Shown one piece after another: positions 1 to 12,959 of a DNA stretch of 64,000 bases. Location of the stretch: assembly GCA_951406725.2 (NCBI GenBank), contig OX597823.1, positions 76,012,001 through 76,076,000 on the forward strand, given 5' to 3'. The notes beneath the pieces were generated by a model that saw only the letters and a program-made list of their open reading frames with translations, did not search any database and was not told the DNA's origin. Position 1 is the first letter of the stretch; every line of letters starts with the position of its first letter. The position numbers and the translations under genes are program-made. This stretch comes from Octopus vulgaris. Lineage: Eukaryota.

Positions 1-50
1 AGGGGAGAATGAGTTCCCTAACCTGAAGGTTAGGGGACTCATTCTCCCCT
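1..50. repeat. Near-perfect palindrome (24-bp arms, 2-nt spacer)
   Basis: aggggagaatgagttccctaacct (1-24) versus aggttaggggactcattctcccct (27-50): reverse complements with one G.T mismatch. May extend past the left edge of the window. Confidence 0.9.
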
Positions 51-910
51 AGCCCACTAAAGATTTATTGTTATCATCCTCGTTCTCATCTTTGTTATTT
101 AGCCAAAAAGTTCACCGTACTCACAAACACACACACACACACACACACACTCATTCACACACACACATGTCTGTGTGTGTCTTTGTGTCCGCAACGCTTG
201 ACAACCGGCGCTGCAATGTTAATATTACCACCCGCTGTCACTGCATTACTCTCCCAGGCACGAAGCCCTAAACTTCTTGAACTCATTCTCTTTTCGACTT
301 GGACAGACCAAATTATTACCTGTTGCAGTGACTATTTATATCAAGTCGAGAATATTGTCCAGTGTCTTGAAATTCATCAGTATCTGGTTCGCTAACCTTA
401 TTCGAATACACTCTTTTGGGAATATATGAATGGTACTATATAAGACTCTTCCAGCACAATTGGTTTCAACATTAGAAATTTATGAAGGTATGTTGGTAAT
501 ATCATATTCCATCACAGACAAACAGGTATCACACCTCCGTTAGACGGTGAGATATATCTCAACATCTGTATCTGAGAAAACCTTACTCGTACGCAAGCAT
601 ACAATTAGGCAGGAGTGATAAAGTTTACGTTTTATGCTTCAGCTTGTTCTGGAAATAGTATTTATGCAAGTATTTGACTTTTCAGAGATATATTTCTGTA
701 TATCACCTTTCTATTTACGTGTTCTAGAAGCTGCGGTGGTCTTGTTAGTGCAGGTCTTCGCTGGCCGTTAGAAGCAGCAAATAATTATTTCTGTGGAAAC
801 TATTTTTACCCTCCATTTATGGCACCATAATCTTTTTTTTTTTTTTATTGGTGGTGGGTATAGGAGGGGATTGTTAATTTCAAGAAAAGTTGTAAATTCT
901 GCTTACATAT

Positions 911-1134
911 ACTCTTTTACTCTCTTTTGCTTGTTTCAGTCATTTGACTACAGCCATGCTGGACCACCGCCTTTAGTCGAGCAAATCGACCCCGGGACTT
1001 ATTCTTTGTAAGCCCAGTACTTATTCTATCAGTCTCTTTTGCCGAACCGCTAAGTGACGGTGACGTAAACACACCACCATCGGTTGTCAAGCAATGCTAG
1101 GGGGACAACCACAGACACACAAACATACACACGC

Positions 1135-1193
<59 letters not shown>

Positions 1194-1357
1194 CGACGGG
1201 CTTCTTTCAGTTTCCGTCTACCAGAACCACTCACAAGGCTTTGGTTTGCCCGAGGCTATAGTAGAAGACACTTGCCCAAGATGCCACGCAGTGGGACTGA
1301 ACCCGGAACCATGTGGTTGGTAAGCAAGCTACTTATCACACAGCCACTCCTGCTCCT
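911..1357 (-). mobile_element. tRNA-derived SINE, family A (CORE-like, with internal (TA)/(CA) microsatellite)
   Basis: The minus strand starts gcaggagtggctgtgtgataag (A-box-like), then ggttcagtccc (B-box-like), cttgggcaagtg (CORE-like), an internal microsatellite and a gactgaaacaag..aaaagag tail. Highly similar copies at 38.7, 45.3 and 53.3 kb. Confidence 0.9.
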
Positions 1358-1544
1358 GTCCAGAATAAAAACGTAAGTAAGCCAGTTCCTAAGTATCCTT
1401 AAAAGCTTAGCAAGAACCCAGTAAGTAGTTGTTAATAGTAGTGTTTCTAGATAATAATTATAAAAACACAAACGTTACGACCCTTATACGAGGACATCTT
1501 GCTAATACACCGTCAACAATAATATCATCATTATTAGCAGCTGC

Positions 1545-1659
1545 AGCAGCAGCATTACTGGTAGTAGCAGCAGTAGCAGTAGCGGCAGCACCAACAGTAG
1601 TTGTAGTAGCAGTAGTACTAGTAGTAGTAGTGGTAGTTGTAGTAGCAGCAGCAAAAATT

Positions 1660-1724
<65 letters not shown>

Positions 1725-1751
1725 GGTGGTGGCGGTGGTGGTGGTGGCGGT

Positions 1752-1800
<49 letters not shown>

Positions 1801-1871
1801 AAGAAGAAGAAGAAGAAGAAGAAGAAGAAGAAGAAGAAGAAGAAGAAGAAGAAGAAGAAGAAGAAGAAGAA
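1545..1871. repeat. Compound trinucleotide microsatellite (GCA/GTA)-(GTA)n-(GTG)n-(TAG)n-(AAG)n
   Basis: Directly visible; source of the poly-V/T/F/L/Y ORFs. Confidence 0.97.
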
Positions 1872-3792
1872 GCGTGGTGGCCACAGCAATAACAAGATTC
1901 AGAGGAAATTTAAGAGGAGAACACTGATGTAGAGAAAAGAGAGGCATGGGCACGATTCGGTAAGAACAATAGATGAAACGGGAGAGACAAATGAGAGAGG
2001 AAAATGAAAGTGTAATTAAAATTATATATGAATGATCGAATATGATTAGAATGAAATAAGAATAAATGAACGAAAGAAGATATGAAAGAATAACAGAACA
2101 AGAAGAATGGAAGAGAAAGGGTATGAGAATAACGGATTGCGGTAGTAGGAAGTAACGAAGATAAAACATGGAAAACGAAAAGGTAAAAAAAATTGGAACT
2201 GGAAAAAAAAATATATAGTATCATGAACTGGAAGAATAAAACGTGAATGAGTCGAAAAAAAGTGATTTACGAAAAGAAGAGAAAGAAAATGGCGCACCAA
2301 CAGAATAAGGAGAGAATAGAGAAACAGAAAATGCGGACGTCGATAAAGAGGAAGACTACGTAACAATAGGTTATGATTAGGACTGAGATGCGTTCACTGT
2401 ACTGTGGTGTCATATTTTCATGATAAGGGCAATATTTCTGATTGAAAGTGAGTGGAAATCTGTGTATAATATTTCAAGGAAGGATTCTGCAGAGAGGTTT
2501 GACAAGACCGACTATTTCTATGGTTGGAATGAATACTTCAAATTAGTCACAATAGCTACTATTGCGTAGCTACTAACAAATCAATATGCATGCATTTGTG
2601 CATGTGTGTGTGTGTGTGTATGTGTGTGTGTGTATGTATGTGTGTGTGCGTGCATATTAATAAAAAAAAACATACACATACACACACATATATGTAGATA
2701 TATGTATATATGTCGATGTGTATGTGAAATACAGATCGGTTTTGTAGTATGTTTAGTTGCAGCATGACCTCTTGCTTAAGAAGTCTCTAGTTTCAATTTT
2801 ACAATGTGGCATATAAGCGCAAGAGTGGTTTTCTGTAGCCTCGTTTTCTGTTCATACCTTGTAAGTGAAATTGGATGGATGAAAATATTGTAGATGACTA
2901 TCAAAACCATTGTACTGTAGAACAATGGTCTAACCCTACCGCACACTGTTGCACACTCTCCCTCTGTCTCTCCCTCTCTCTCTCTTGATTTCTCTCTCTG
3001 TCTAAGAATTATATTAAGTGCACGCTTGTCTAGGGAAAACTCAAGCAGTTACATAATCATTTAACAAAACCTGTCGTTTGGTTGAACTAACAAAACAGTA
3101 TGTCTGAGATTCATATTATACTCACTTTTATATATACATATATTCTACGATATACGCATGCACACACTTATAAAGGTGCACATAAATAATGTATATACGT
3201 ATTTATATGATGTGTGGATTCAGGTATTGCTCAGTGGTTAAAAAGCTCACTTCGCAAATCTATTTCGAGTTTGATACTTATAGCGTATAATTTTGCCCAA
3301 GTCTATATAAATGTGTCTGTGGTATCTTCGGCGGGTGCATTAACCAACGTCTCTGGTTGACACAAGCCTTGTGAGGGCGCTTGAAATGACGGGCATTATG
3401 GGCCCCTGTCTGATGGACTCTAAATGTACTCTGTATGCCCAGCATTGTCACTGTTGTATGACGACAATTGCATTGGAAATTAACATTAAGAAAATGCATG
3501 TAAGAAAATATAACCAGTTCAGGAATCTCATCACAGCTGATTAAACCTGCTACTGGTACCATGCAAGCCGGTCCTACATGTTTCATGATTAAGTGACAGG
3601 CGACTAAACCAGTCTTAAAAAATAAGTATTGGGGTCGATTTTTTCGACTAAGCCCAGTGACTCAAGCAAGCAAAAGAAAAGACTATTTCATGATTAGTAA
3701 TAACTATTGATAATGGTGTCTGGACACTCAGTAATACTGAAAGAGCTGTTGAAGAACAGATGAGTTCCTTGTGCGCAAACGGCCATCCGTTT

Positions 3793-3970
3793 GGGGAAGG
3801 CAATGACAAACCACCTCAATATCTCTGCCAAGAAAACATTATGAGGAAGTCAGAACGAAATAAAGCTATGGCTTGGTCAGATAGGAGACATGTTGTATAG
3901 GAAAGGCTTTTACTGTTGTCTCACCAACGAGCTGCAAAACTGAACGATACCAGACGACAACGACATCGTC
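3793..3970 (+). mobile_element. RTE-related short retroposon fragment
   Basis: gaaggcaatgacaaaccacctcaatatctctgccaagaaaac resembles the GAAGGCAATGGCAAACCAC...TTGCCAAGAAAAC motif of RTE/BovB-derived SINEs. Ends actgaacg...gacgacaacgac. Confidence 0.5.
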
Positions 3971-4415
3971 AAAAGGATATGAAAAAAAAATGACATTTAA
4001 TAAGAGAAATGAAAGAGGAAAACTAAGTGAGCAAGTAGAGCGGAAGTAGAACGGGATGGCAAGTTGACAAGGGCAAGAAGCATAAAGGAGAAAGAGGAAG
4101 GAAGCCGAAGGGGAAAAATAATTGTGTAAAAATGCATTGGTACTTTAAGAAGAGGAATATAGAATAAAATGGGAGGATTCTTGAAGGAGAAGGTAAAAAG
4201 AAAGTAGACTCGATCAAGAATAATCAAGAATCTGGGGCTGAAGTAGATAATTAAGGACTGAAATATAAGAAAGAGAGGAATAAGACGGTGAAGATGAGAG
4301 GAAAAAATATTGCAAAAAAAATAATAAAATAAGGATGTAGTTTAAAGTCATATTTTCATTGTAAGGGCCCTATTTCTAATTGAAACTAAAAATAAATTTG
4401 TGTATGATACAATTT

Positions 4416-4591
4416 AGGCACAGGCATCGCTGTGTGGTGAGAAGCTTGCTTCCCAATCACATTGTACCGGGTTCAGTCGCACGACATCTCACTTTGAGCA
4501 AGTGTCTTCTACTATTGCCTCGGGCCGACCAAAACCTTGTGAGTAGATTTGGTAGCCGGCGGAAACTAAAAGAAATCCGTCATGTAAATAT

Positions 4592-4648
<57 letters not shown>

Positions 4649-5118
4649 CTTTACTACCCACAAGGGGCTAAACACAGAGGAGACAAACAAGGACAGACAA
4701 ACGGATTAAGTCGATAACATCGACCCCAGTGCGTAACTGGTGCTTAATTTATCGACCCCTGAAGGAGGAAAGGCAAAGTCGACCTCGGCGGAACTTGAAC
4801 TCGGAACGTAACGGCAGACGAAATACGGCAACGCATTTCGCCCGGCGTGCTAACGTTTCTGCCAGCTCACCGCGTGCTAACGTTTCTGCCAGCCTGCCGC
4901 CTTCATATATATATATATGCGCGTGTGTCTCTGTGTTTGTACTAGTCCCCTACACCATTTGACAACCTGAGCTGGTGTTCTAACGTCACTGTAACTTAGC
5001 GGTTCGGCAAATGAACAGGTAGAATAAATACCAGACTCGATTTATTTGACCAGCAATTCTCCGAGGTGGTGCTTCAGCATGGCCACAATCTAATACCTGA
5101 AACAAATAAGATGAAAAG
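4416..5118 (+). mobile_element. SINE family A copy, interrupted in its internal (TA)n by a second SINE
   Basis: The head at 4416-4585 (gctgtgtggtgagaagcttgcttcccaatcac...gggttcagtc) and the 3' half at 4919-5118 (ttgacaacc...ttagcggttcggcaaa...cagcatggccac...ctgaaacaa) match the other family A copies. Confidence 0.85.
4645..4904 (-). mobile_element. tRNA-derived SINE, family B (Meta-domain-like core), nested in (TA)n
   Basis: Minus strand: gctggcagaaacgttagc head (duplicated in tandem), gagttcaag B-box-like, and gaggtcgactttgcctttcctccttcaggggtcgataaattaagcacc resembling the Meta SINE domain. (TA)n lies on both sides. Related copy at 43197-43380. Confidence 0.8.
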
Positions 5119-5511
5119 AAGAAACTTAAAAGAAAGATAATATCTGAGAGAGGAACACTGTGGAATTGTATGAAGCTGGAAGCGTTTTGCAAATGGAATA
5201 TAGATCTGAAATTAAATGGTAAGAAACAACTTTATACTTTTTGCTAATTTAATACATACTCTCAAACATATATGCATACTTGTAGTACATAAAAGTAACA
5301 AAGAATCTTCGTATTTGTGAGTGAATGCGTGTATATATGTATATATTTTTTGGTATTTATTTTTTACACTTACATGCATGTATACATTTGTATACATGTG
5401 TATGTGTGTAAATGTATGTATATCTATGCATTTATTTATCCATGTACGTATAAATATATATTTTAAAAACATTCCCGTTGAGATATTCTCATAGTGTGAT
5501 TCGCTGTTTGT

Positions 5512-5700
5512 TAATCGGTTGCTTCGCAACCACATGTTTTGAGGTTAAGTCCCTGCGTGGCATCTTAGGATGTGGATGTTTTTGTTTTTTTTTACTATAG
5601 CCTTGGGTCGTCCAAAGCCTTGCGAGTGGATTTGCTAGTCGCAAATTGAAAGAAGCCCGTTTATACATATACGTCAATGTAAGTTTGTACATATATTTGA
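5512..5700 (+). mobile_element. SINE family A, degraded 5' half
   Basis: gcaaccacatgt...actatagccttggg...caaagccttgcgagtggattt...gaaagaagcccgt. Confidence 0.75.
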
Positions 5701-7699
5701 CAGCCGGAGCTATCTTTTATTATTATTATTTTTTTTTTTTTGCTTACAACCCCTTACCATAGCTTTTTGACAAAAGTGTAGGAATGAATATGTAAGTCTT
5801 AAAAAATAAGTTTTGGGGCCGAATTTTTCGACTAAGCCAGTGATTCAAACAAGCAAAAGAAAAGACTATTTCATGATTAGTAATAATATTGATAAATATT
5901 TTGCATTGCTTGGTATTATTATTAATGACATAGATGCTGCCGTTTACAGCAATTTTTAATTTTCAAACAGCTGTAGAAATTTTATTCATTTAACCATTTG
6001 CTGCTCCTGTATATAGCATGTGATACATACATTTCCCTGCCGCTCATGTATTATATAATGCTACACATTTCCGATTTTCTTCAGCCTGTAGAGAAACTAG
6101 GAACTTATGAAGGGAAAGTTTCATATTGCACGGAACGTACCAACAAAGAGCTAACGTAAAGTATGAAAAATATGCGTGTTTAAGGAGAAACTTGGGGAAA
6201 TTCTCTGGTTAGGAAATGGGTTAAAACATCTACGGTTGCTTTTAAAAAGTCAATGATACTGGTGCTTCGCAATTTCTCAGGTGTGTTTGTGTGTGTATGT
6301 GTGTGGATGTGTGTGTATGTTTGTGTGTGTGTGTATGTGTATATACATGCACTTAACTAATATCCCTGTATGACAATCAGAAACCGATTCAAAACCAATG
6401 GCAACGAATAATCTATCCAAGTCAAGATAATAGAAGAAAAATTAATGTCGACGCCTTTGTCACAATCTCTTTGTCAAGAACTAATAAAGGCGAATGAGAA
6501 GAAGGAAGCCTAGTTTTAGTACATAAAGTGACATGCAGAACAAGTGAATATTAATTTTACGAACACGATCTAAATTAAGGGAAAACAGGAGTGAGATTAA
6601 AAATGATGCGTGCAGAAAATTTATGAATGTGTGACAAGTGTACAAAAATGATGAAGTTAAATGAAGTACATGTAAGTTATGATTTGTATGTGGGAGCGAA
6701 CAGAGAATTTAATAGTACATGCGCTGTTTCTGGAGCGAATTTCTCGTGCATTAAGTGATGTGCAATATATTTGAAGTGTGTTAACCTATGTGTATGACAT
6801 CAAGATCTAAATCTGTGTGAATGAGCAAATCTGTGTGTGTGGATTTGTTTGTATGTGTTTCGTTGTGCTATTGCGTGTGTGTACAATGAAGGATGTGTGA
6901 TTTTGGAGATATTTTAATTACAATATTGACGGCTCGATTATTGAATCTCTGCCTTTATATATTACTAACGTTAAATGTCATCTCTATCTCTCGGTGATAT
7001 TCAATATCCTGTCGCAAATACAGATTTATTAAATTAGGAGTTGAATCGGTTTCTTCGTATCAAAATTGAACGGAATCTCCAGCTACAATCCATCATACAA
7101 CCTCTTACACTCACACTCACACAAATACATACACACATACAAACACACACATACATTCTAGGATACTAGATAATAGCTACACCAGCCATCGTTTCTCTGG
7201 TGTTTACATCACAGTAAATTTTTACGTTTTGCTTTCTTTCACATGCAAGTATTCATATGTATAAAATAACATTTTGCAATGTTATTTTATTCTCTTATTT
7301 TTACTTGTTTACAATTTTATTGCCTTCAGAGTATTCTCCATTTGAAGCAATGCCTCGGTCCAGACGTCTCCCCTAGCAGAAAACAGAATCTCAGCCATCG
7401 TAAAAATCGACGAACAGGGAAGAAACAATGCAAAACTAAGACGCGCCACGTGGCAGTTCAACTGCATCGCAGGTTGCCGGTCAGCAGATTGATAAATTAA
7501 GGTTACCTAAAGCCTGAAGCACAACGGGTCTGTTCCACAGAGAATGTATTCGGTTACTTTTGGGTACCCTTTCGTGTATTTTAAATTATTATGCGGATTA
7601 ATTGTTATAGTTTAATTTTTACTAGGCATTCATGATGTAAATATTTTTAGAGAATGTGCTTCTTAATAATTCTCTTAAGAAAATGCTTATTAGTTTGGG

Positions 7700-8235
7700 A
7701 AGGATGTTCTGCTCCGGTTACAGATTGGCAAGAAACAAATGATTCTTTGGTGTTAATCTATTTATCTGGTTGAGATTTCCTAAGCTTACTTGCAAATTGT
7801 CGATCCCTCGCGTGTAAAAGTCTTTAGCAAAGAACCTCTCAGAATTATTACACTTTTGTCTGTAAATAATGTTGCAATCTTTTGAAAGAATGGTAGTCAG
7901 GTGGAGTATGGCAACAAGAGTAATGAAGAGGAGTACGCAAAAGTTCCATACTTTATGGCATAATCTTTTCTTCACTGACTTGGGCAATATATGGTCTTGC
8001 ATTATCGTTTAAAAATGCCCAATGGTGGACGCTTTTCTGCAATGTTTTATGTAATGTTTACAATTCAAAACAACGTTTCTTCGCTTTCATTTTGGTTTCA
8101 CACTTCATCACAGGCAATATCATTCATAATCCACCAACACAAGTGATAACCTAGTGTAGCCACGGATTTCGATGTATACGGTTATAGAGAACTCCCCTTT
8201 CCATCACTTGTAGCGATTTTATCCAAAATAGTTTC
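7700..8235 (-). mobile_element. Decayed mariner transposase remnant
   Basis: Minus-strand fragments LDKIATSDG (cf. LDRIVTGDEKW), DNARPY, PYS and FFAKDFYTRGIDNL, broken by stops and frameshifts. Confidence 0.75.
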
Positions 8236-8399
8236 ATTAGTAAGTCTTTTTCAATGATGAGAACAAAGAAGCACTCAGATAATGAAAGACTACCCAGCCA
8301 AGTTCAGACGTTTTCCTTAGAGCATGAAGATCAGTGATCAACCTGATAATTGAATTAAATTGTTTTGCTAATTGACTTGTAATCGACTTGTGATATGAA

Positions 8400-9470
8400 T
8401 TAAATTGTTTTTCCTCATTTACAGTTTTGAGAAATATTGTCAGAACTTAGTTGTTCCGAGAGAAAGGAATTACACTTTTCCCGTATGAAATAGGCCAAAC
8501 CAACCTTGGCTTATCCAGGAATTTTATAAATTGAATAATTTGTCGCTCCTATTGCTGAGGAGCCTCCCCTGAGGTCATACAGGGTATGAGGAATTTAATC
8601 ACTATGGTACTAAACTTATCTTCAAAGAAAGTAAAAGAATAATGAGGTAGTACCCTCGAAGTAATCATGTCAAACATGCTACAGGTCCTTCTTTCCAACA
8701 TGTTAAATTTGTGGTTTGGTAATACTTTACTACATACCTTGTAATTCTAAATTGATATTCAGGACATAAAGAAAATTAATTCTAATTGAATTAGTTTTCT
8801 TTATATTTTATTCTATAAGTGCTCGGGGATTGATAATATGTTTTCCTCTTCAGTTTGGTGCCCGGAAGAAAAAAATTCTGAGATTTACAAAAATGTGAAT
8901 GACAGAAAAAGTTTGCCTCACTCAAACAAAGTTTTGAAGAAAACATTTGCTCAAAATTCAATTATACCCAAACGTTTGGTGTTCGTATAAGTATTAATTA
9001 TTTTAATTGGAGACATGAGTAATTCAGGTTGACACATATAAAGTTTCAGTAATTGAATTCTATAGCTGATTGCATCAGAATCTAATGATTCAGAATTTCA
9101 TTTGTTGAGTGTATTTAAGCTGTCAATCGGTACAATTTTCCTTCCTTGATAGCAATGATATGCACTGTGTTTCCAGTGAGGATTCATTGATTGGTATATA
9201 TGGTAGTTCTAAATACCTGATAGGGGTTTACAACTACCAACTGCCATATATAGCGGTTAGAGATTATTGCACAGACTGAGACAAGATATTTTCTCTCATT
9301 CTACCATTGTGATTATTTCTGAAGTGCTAGCAACTGCATCATGAACAGGCATACCGAATGTATGTTCCAAACCTTGGAACCCCACCTTTTGCCCCTGTAA
9401 CGTTCCTGTTCCTATAATTTTCTAAGACAAATCTTCTCTGCACAACTTCGTGGTACGTTCCATAGACATA
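8400..9470 (-). mobile_element. Highly decayed APE/RT-type LINE remnant
   Basis: Minus strand shows a WNV-like endonuclease start near 9460 and FFEDKF...GEAPQQ*...IIQFIK...WPIS near 8640-8485 (cf. GxxPxxW...RPISL). Confidence 0.4.
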
Positions 9471-9815
9471 TTAATCAATTAATTTGTCGTACTGAAACAA
9501 AATCAGACTATAAATATTGAGCAAGAGACTTAAATACACAATTGCAAATGACACTACATTGTTTAATATCATATCGTCAAAATATAGTGTGCGATTGGAC
9601 AGGTTAACTTTCATATTTTTTGAAATAGCTTCAGAAGATATTAAATAAAGGTTATTAAAATAAACAATATGATTTATAAAAAATACTTGATTAATATATG
9701 AGCATAAACATATATAAAAGTGAAACACTTATTGTATCCTATCCTTTGATGTATTTTATGCTCTCGGTTTTTGATATAATCTACAGAATTTATAACCGCA
9801 CACAATGCCTATGTA

Positions 9816-9879
<64 letters not shown>

Positions 9880-9923
9880 CGTTATTTTAAATATGTATAT
9901 ACACTCACACACGCATACACACA

Positions 9924-10022
<99 letters not shown>

Positions 10023-10489
10023 ATATATATATATACATGTATATACTTGGATGAGTGTGAGTGTGCGCGTACGTGGATGTTTACATACTCCTGGATTCGA
10101 TCTGTTGTATGGAATCTTGAACATGTAAATATTTTCTTTTGCTTCGAGTGGACCTGAGCCTTCCAAGGGAAATAGAGAGTAATAAAATCATAGAAGACAT
10201 CCCTCCGTATTTACTCTGTCGTGGCTGTATTCAGAAGGTTAAACGTTGCACTCCATGCGAAGCTGTCTCCACTTGAAAATTATAAAAATTGTATGCATTC
10301 CCATGGAATACAGAAATATATCCGAATCATTTCCATGAGCAACGTAGTAAACTTGTTCCAGCAATTGAATAATCGCGGCAAGGGAGAGAGTGAGAGTGAT
10401 ATATATGTATGTATATATATATGTGTATTTATATGCATGTCTCTCTCTCTCTCTCTATCTCTCACTCTATCTATCTATCTATCTATCTA

Positions 10490-10551
<62 letters not shown>

Positions 10552-10606
10552 TATATATACATACATACATATATATACATATATATACATATATATACAT
10601 ATATAC

Positions 10607-10637
<31 letters not shown>

Positions 10638-11369
10638 CGTACATATATGCATATATAGGTAGAGGACGTCACCCGCAGTGCAAATAACATGTAATACGTA
10701 AAAAATGACAAGAATGGGGAAAAAGGCCAAGTTAAGACAGGGAAAGGACACTTCATCAGTTGTTGGCAGTCTATTTACTTTTCGAGCATTCAACGACAAT
10801 ATGAATCTTCAAAAACAGTTGCATGCATAATTCTAAAACAAAACTTAGGATTGATAGAGGGTCATAGTTGGGAACAAGAAAAACGACAGTGGTAAAAGTG
10901 AGCGAAAAATATGGCTTGTTAGACCAGAACGTGAAGAATATAGTGAACGCTGGGAGAAATGTGTTTTATAAGAGAAAAGATAGAAGTGATAGAGCAAAAC
11001 ACGTCCGTTAGTTTAAACGTCAATGCAGGAAAAGAAAGATGGTCACGTGAGGAAAAGAAATATGGACGATGGTCGCGTGTGAATAACGAGAGAGAGAAAA
11101 AAAGAGAAAGAGATGGGGTGGGAGGCAGATAGAAAACATTGAAGGAGGGAAAGAGATATATACATATATATATATATATATATGTGGGTGTATGTATGTG
11201 TATATATATATATATAATTTTTTCTGGGAATTTTTCGAAGTAACCGCGGCATTATTTTACTTGCTGCCAACAAATAACTGCGCTTGTGCGGTGGATTTGG
11301 AAATGTTTAATATTTAAGCACGGAGCACCTGCTGCATTGCCTCGGACTTATATGTTTGATCTAGACATA

Positions 11370-11438
11370 CCTGTTGATGAAGACTTCGCTTAACAAATTA
11401 TTTTATTTGGTAAAAAAAAGTCAGAAACCATGGTCTAG
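11370..11438 (+). ncRNA. Degenerate minimal hammerhead-ribozyme-like motif
   Basis: ctg|ttgatga|a gactt..aagtc a|gaaac catg gtc|tag; palindromic stem III accatggt. Confidence 0.5.
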
Positions 11439-11546
11439 AAAATAGATGATAAATGTTTTAATTTTTCATTGCCTTCGAATTGTATCCATAATAGTGGGTT
11501 GGATTTTGGCTGCCTCTTTTTTTCAAATGTACACTGTATAAATATA

Positions 11547-11610
<64 letters not shown>

Positions 11611-11766
11611 CATACATACATACTTACATATATACATATGTGTGTGTGTGTGTGCGTGTGTATTCGTGTGTGTGTGTGTGTGTATATATATATAGGCAAA
11701 TTTGTTTGAAATGCACCTAAATTTGAAAACCGTGTAATTGTTTCAAAATATATTTATTTACATAAA

Positions 11767-11808
11767 TACCAAACTAGTTTCGACAATATTTGTTGTTTAT
11801 CAATAGTA
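11767..11808 (-). ncRNA. Minimal hammerhead-ribozyme-like motif (U3:A8 core)
   Basis: Minus strand: tacta|ttgataa|acaa caaata ttgt c|gaaac ta gtt|tggta; stem I 5 bp, palindromic aactagtt. Confidence 0.55.
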
Positions 11809-12799
11809 AATAATTTAGAATTATGAATTAGAAAAACATCTGCAAAAGTTTCAATGTTGACAAGTCTAAATGTTCGTGCAAACTTCAAAGGTGTTAGTAG
11901 TGGTTGACAAGAAGTGAATATCATCGAAGTTTAAGTCGTACTGAGTTAAGAGGGAAAAATAGTAAAAGAAGGGATTTGGTTTACAGTTTCAGTGATTCTC
12001 TTTCCGTTCTGTGCAGGAACTTTCATTTTAAACGGTATTTTTTTTTGGATCTGGTGTATTTATAATTTTTTCCCGCGAACGGATCTGATTTCTGATTCAT
12101 CTAAGTATTGGTCATATCTTGTTTTTCTGGTGGTCAAGCTTGTCGTTCTGCCCGGTTGACTTCCCTGCGGGGAACGGTCATTAGCCGTTCCAATTGGTTG
12201 ATTCACTTAAAGAGTTCGGTTTTGAACGGAGGTAAAATTTCATTGGACTAGAGTTAGGTGACGTCAACAACTGGTGTTTGTGTGGTGTTATTGTATGGTG
12301 ATTTGGAGTTACGGTTTCGAAACCCGGGTGGACGACCGTCACTAAATGCTTTTAAAATTGTCCTTTGTACCTGGTTGCTTTTTGCGAAGAAGTTGAGTTT
12401 TTTCTCCTTTTCCTCGTTAGTGTTTTTCTTCTTTCTCAATGATATTCAGCTGTGGTTTATATTTTCAATGGGTTTGCTTTCCTTATTTAAACGCCATCAA
12501 GAGTTAAATAAAAAAAATATTTTCTTAGATTCCATTTCTTCTTAGCGTTTTTTTTTCCATGCGTTTCTTAGTTCACTTTGAACTCGATAATGTTGACAAA
12601 GGAGCGCTTTATACATAAACTCACTAAACAACTATCCAAATGCCAACACCCGTTTACGCATTAGAATCCAGACCATAGACAATATATACATGGTGCCCAC
12701 AAATTTTAATACACATGAACTTGAAGAACCATATTTAAATGCCCTGTATTTGACGTAAGATGTTGCTATCTACATCCATGCATCATGCATGTATATATG

Positions 12800-12850
<51 letters not shown>

Positions 12851-12867
12851 GTATCTGTATGCATGTA

Positions 12868-12959
<92 letters not shown>

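Noticed and set aside
1429-2366. Poly-V/T/L/F ORFs resembling membrane or mucin proteins
   Set aside because: They arise from trinucleotide repeats and a purine-rich tract.
10750-10820. Minus-strand ttgaaga...ctcgaaa and ctgatgaag boxes; also gaaaccggtt near 59767
   Set aside because: Possibly further eroded hammerheads, but the stems cannot be drawn convincingly, so they were not counted.
11830-12700. Possible Penelope N-terminal ORF remnant on the minus strand (also 55300-55500)
   Set aside because: Only vague motif resemblance; cannot be supported without a profile search.
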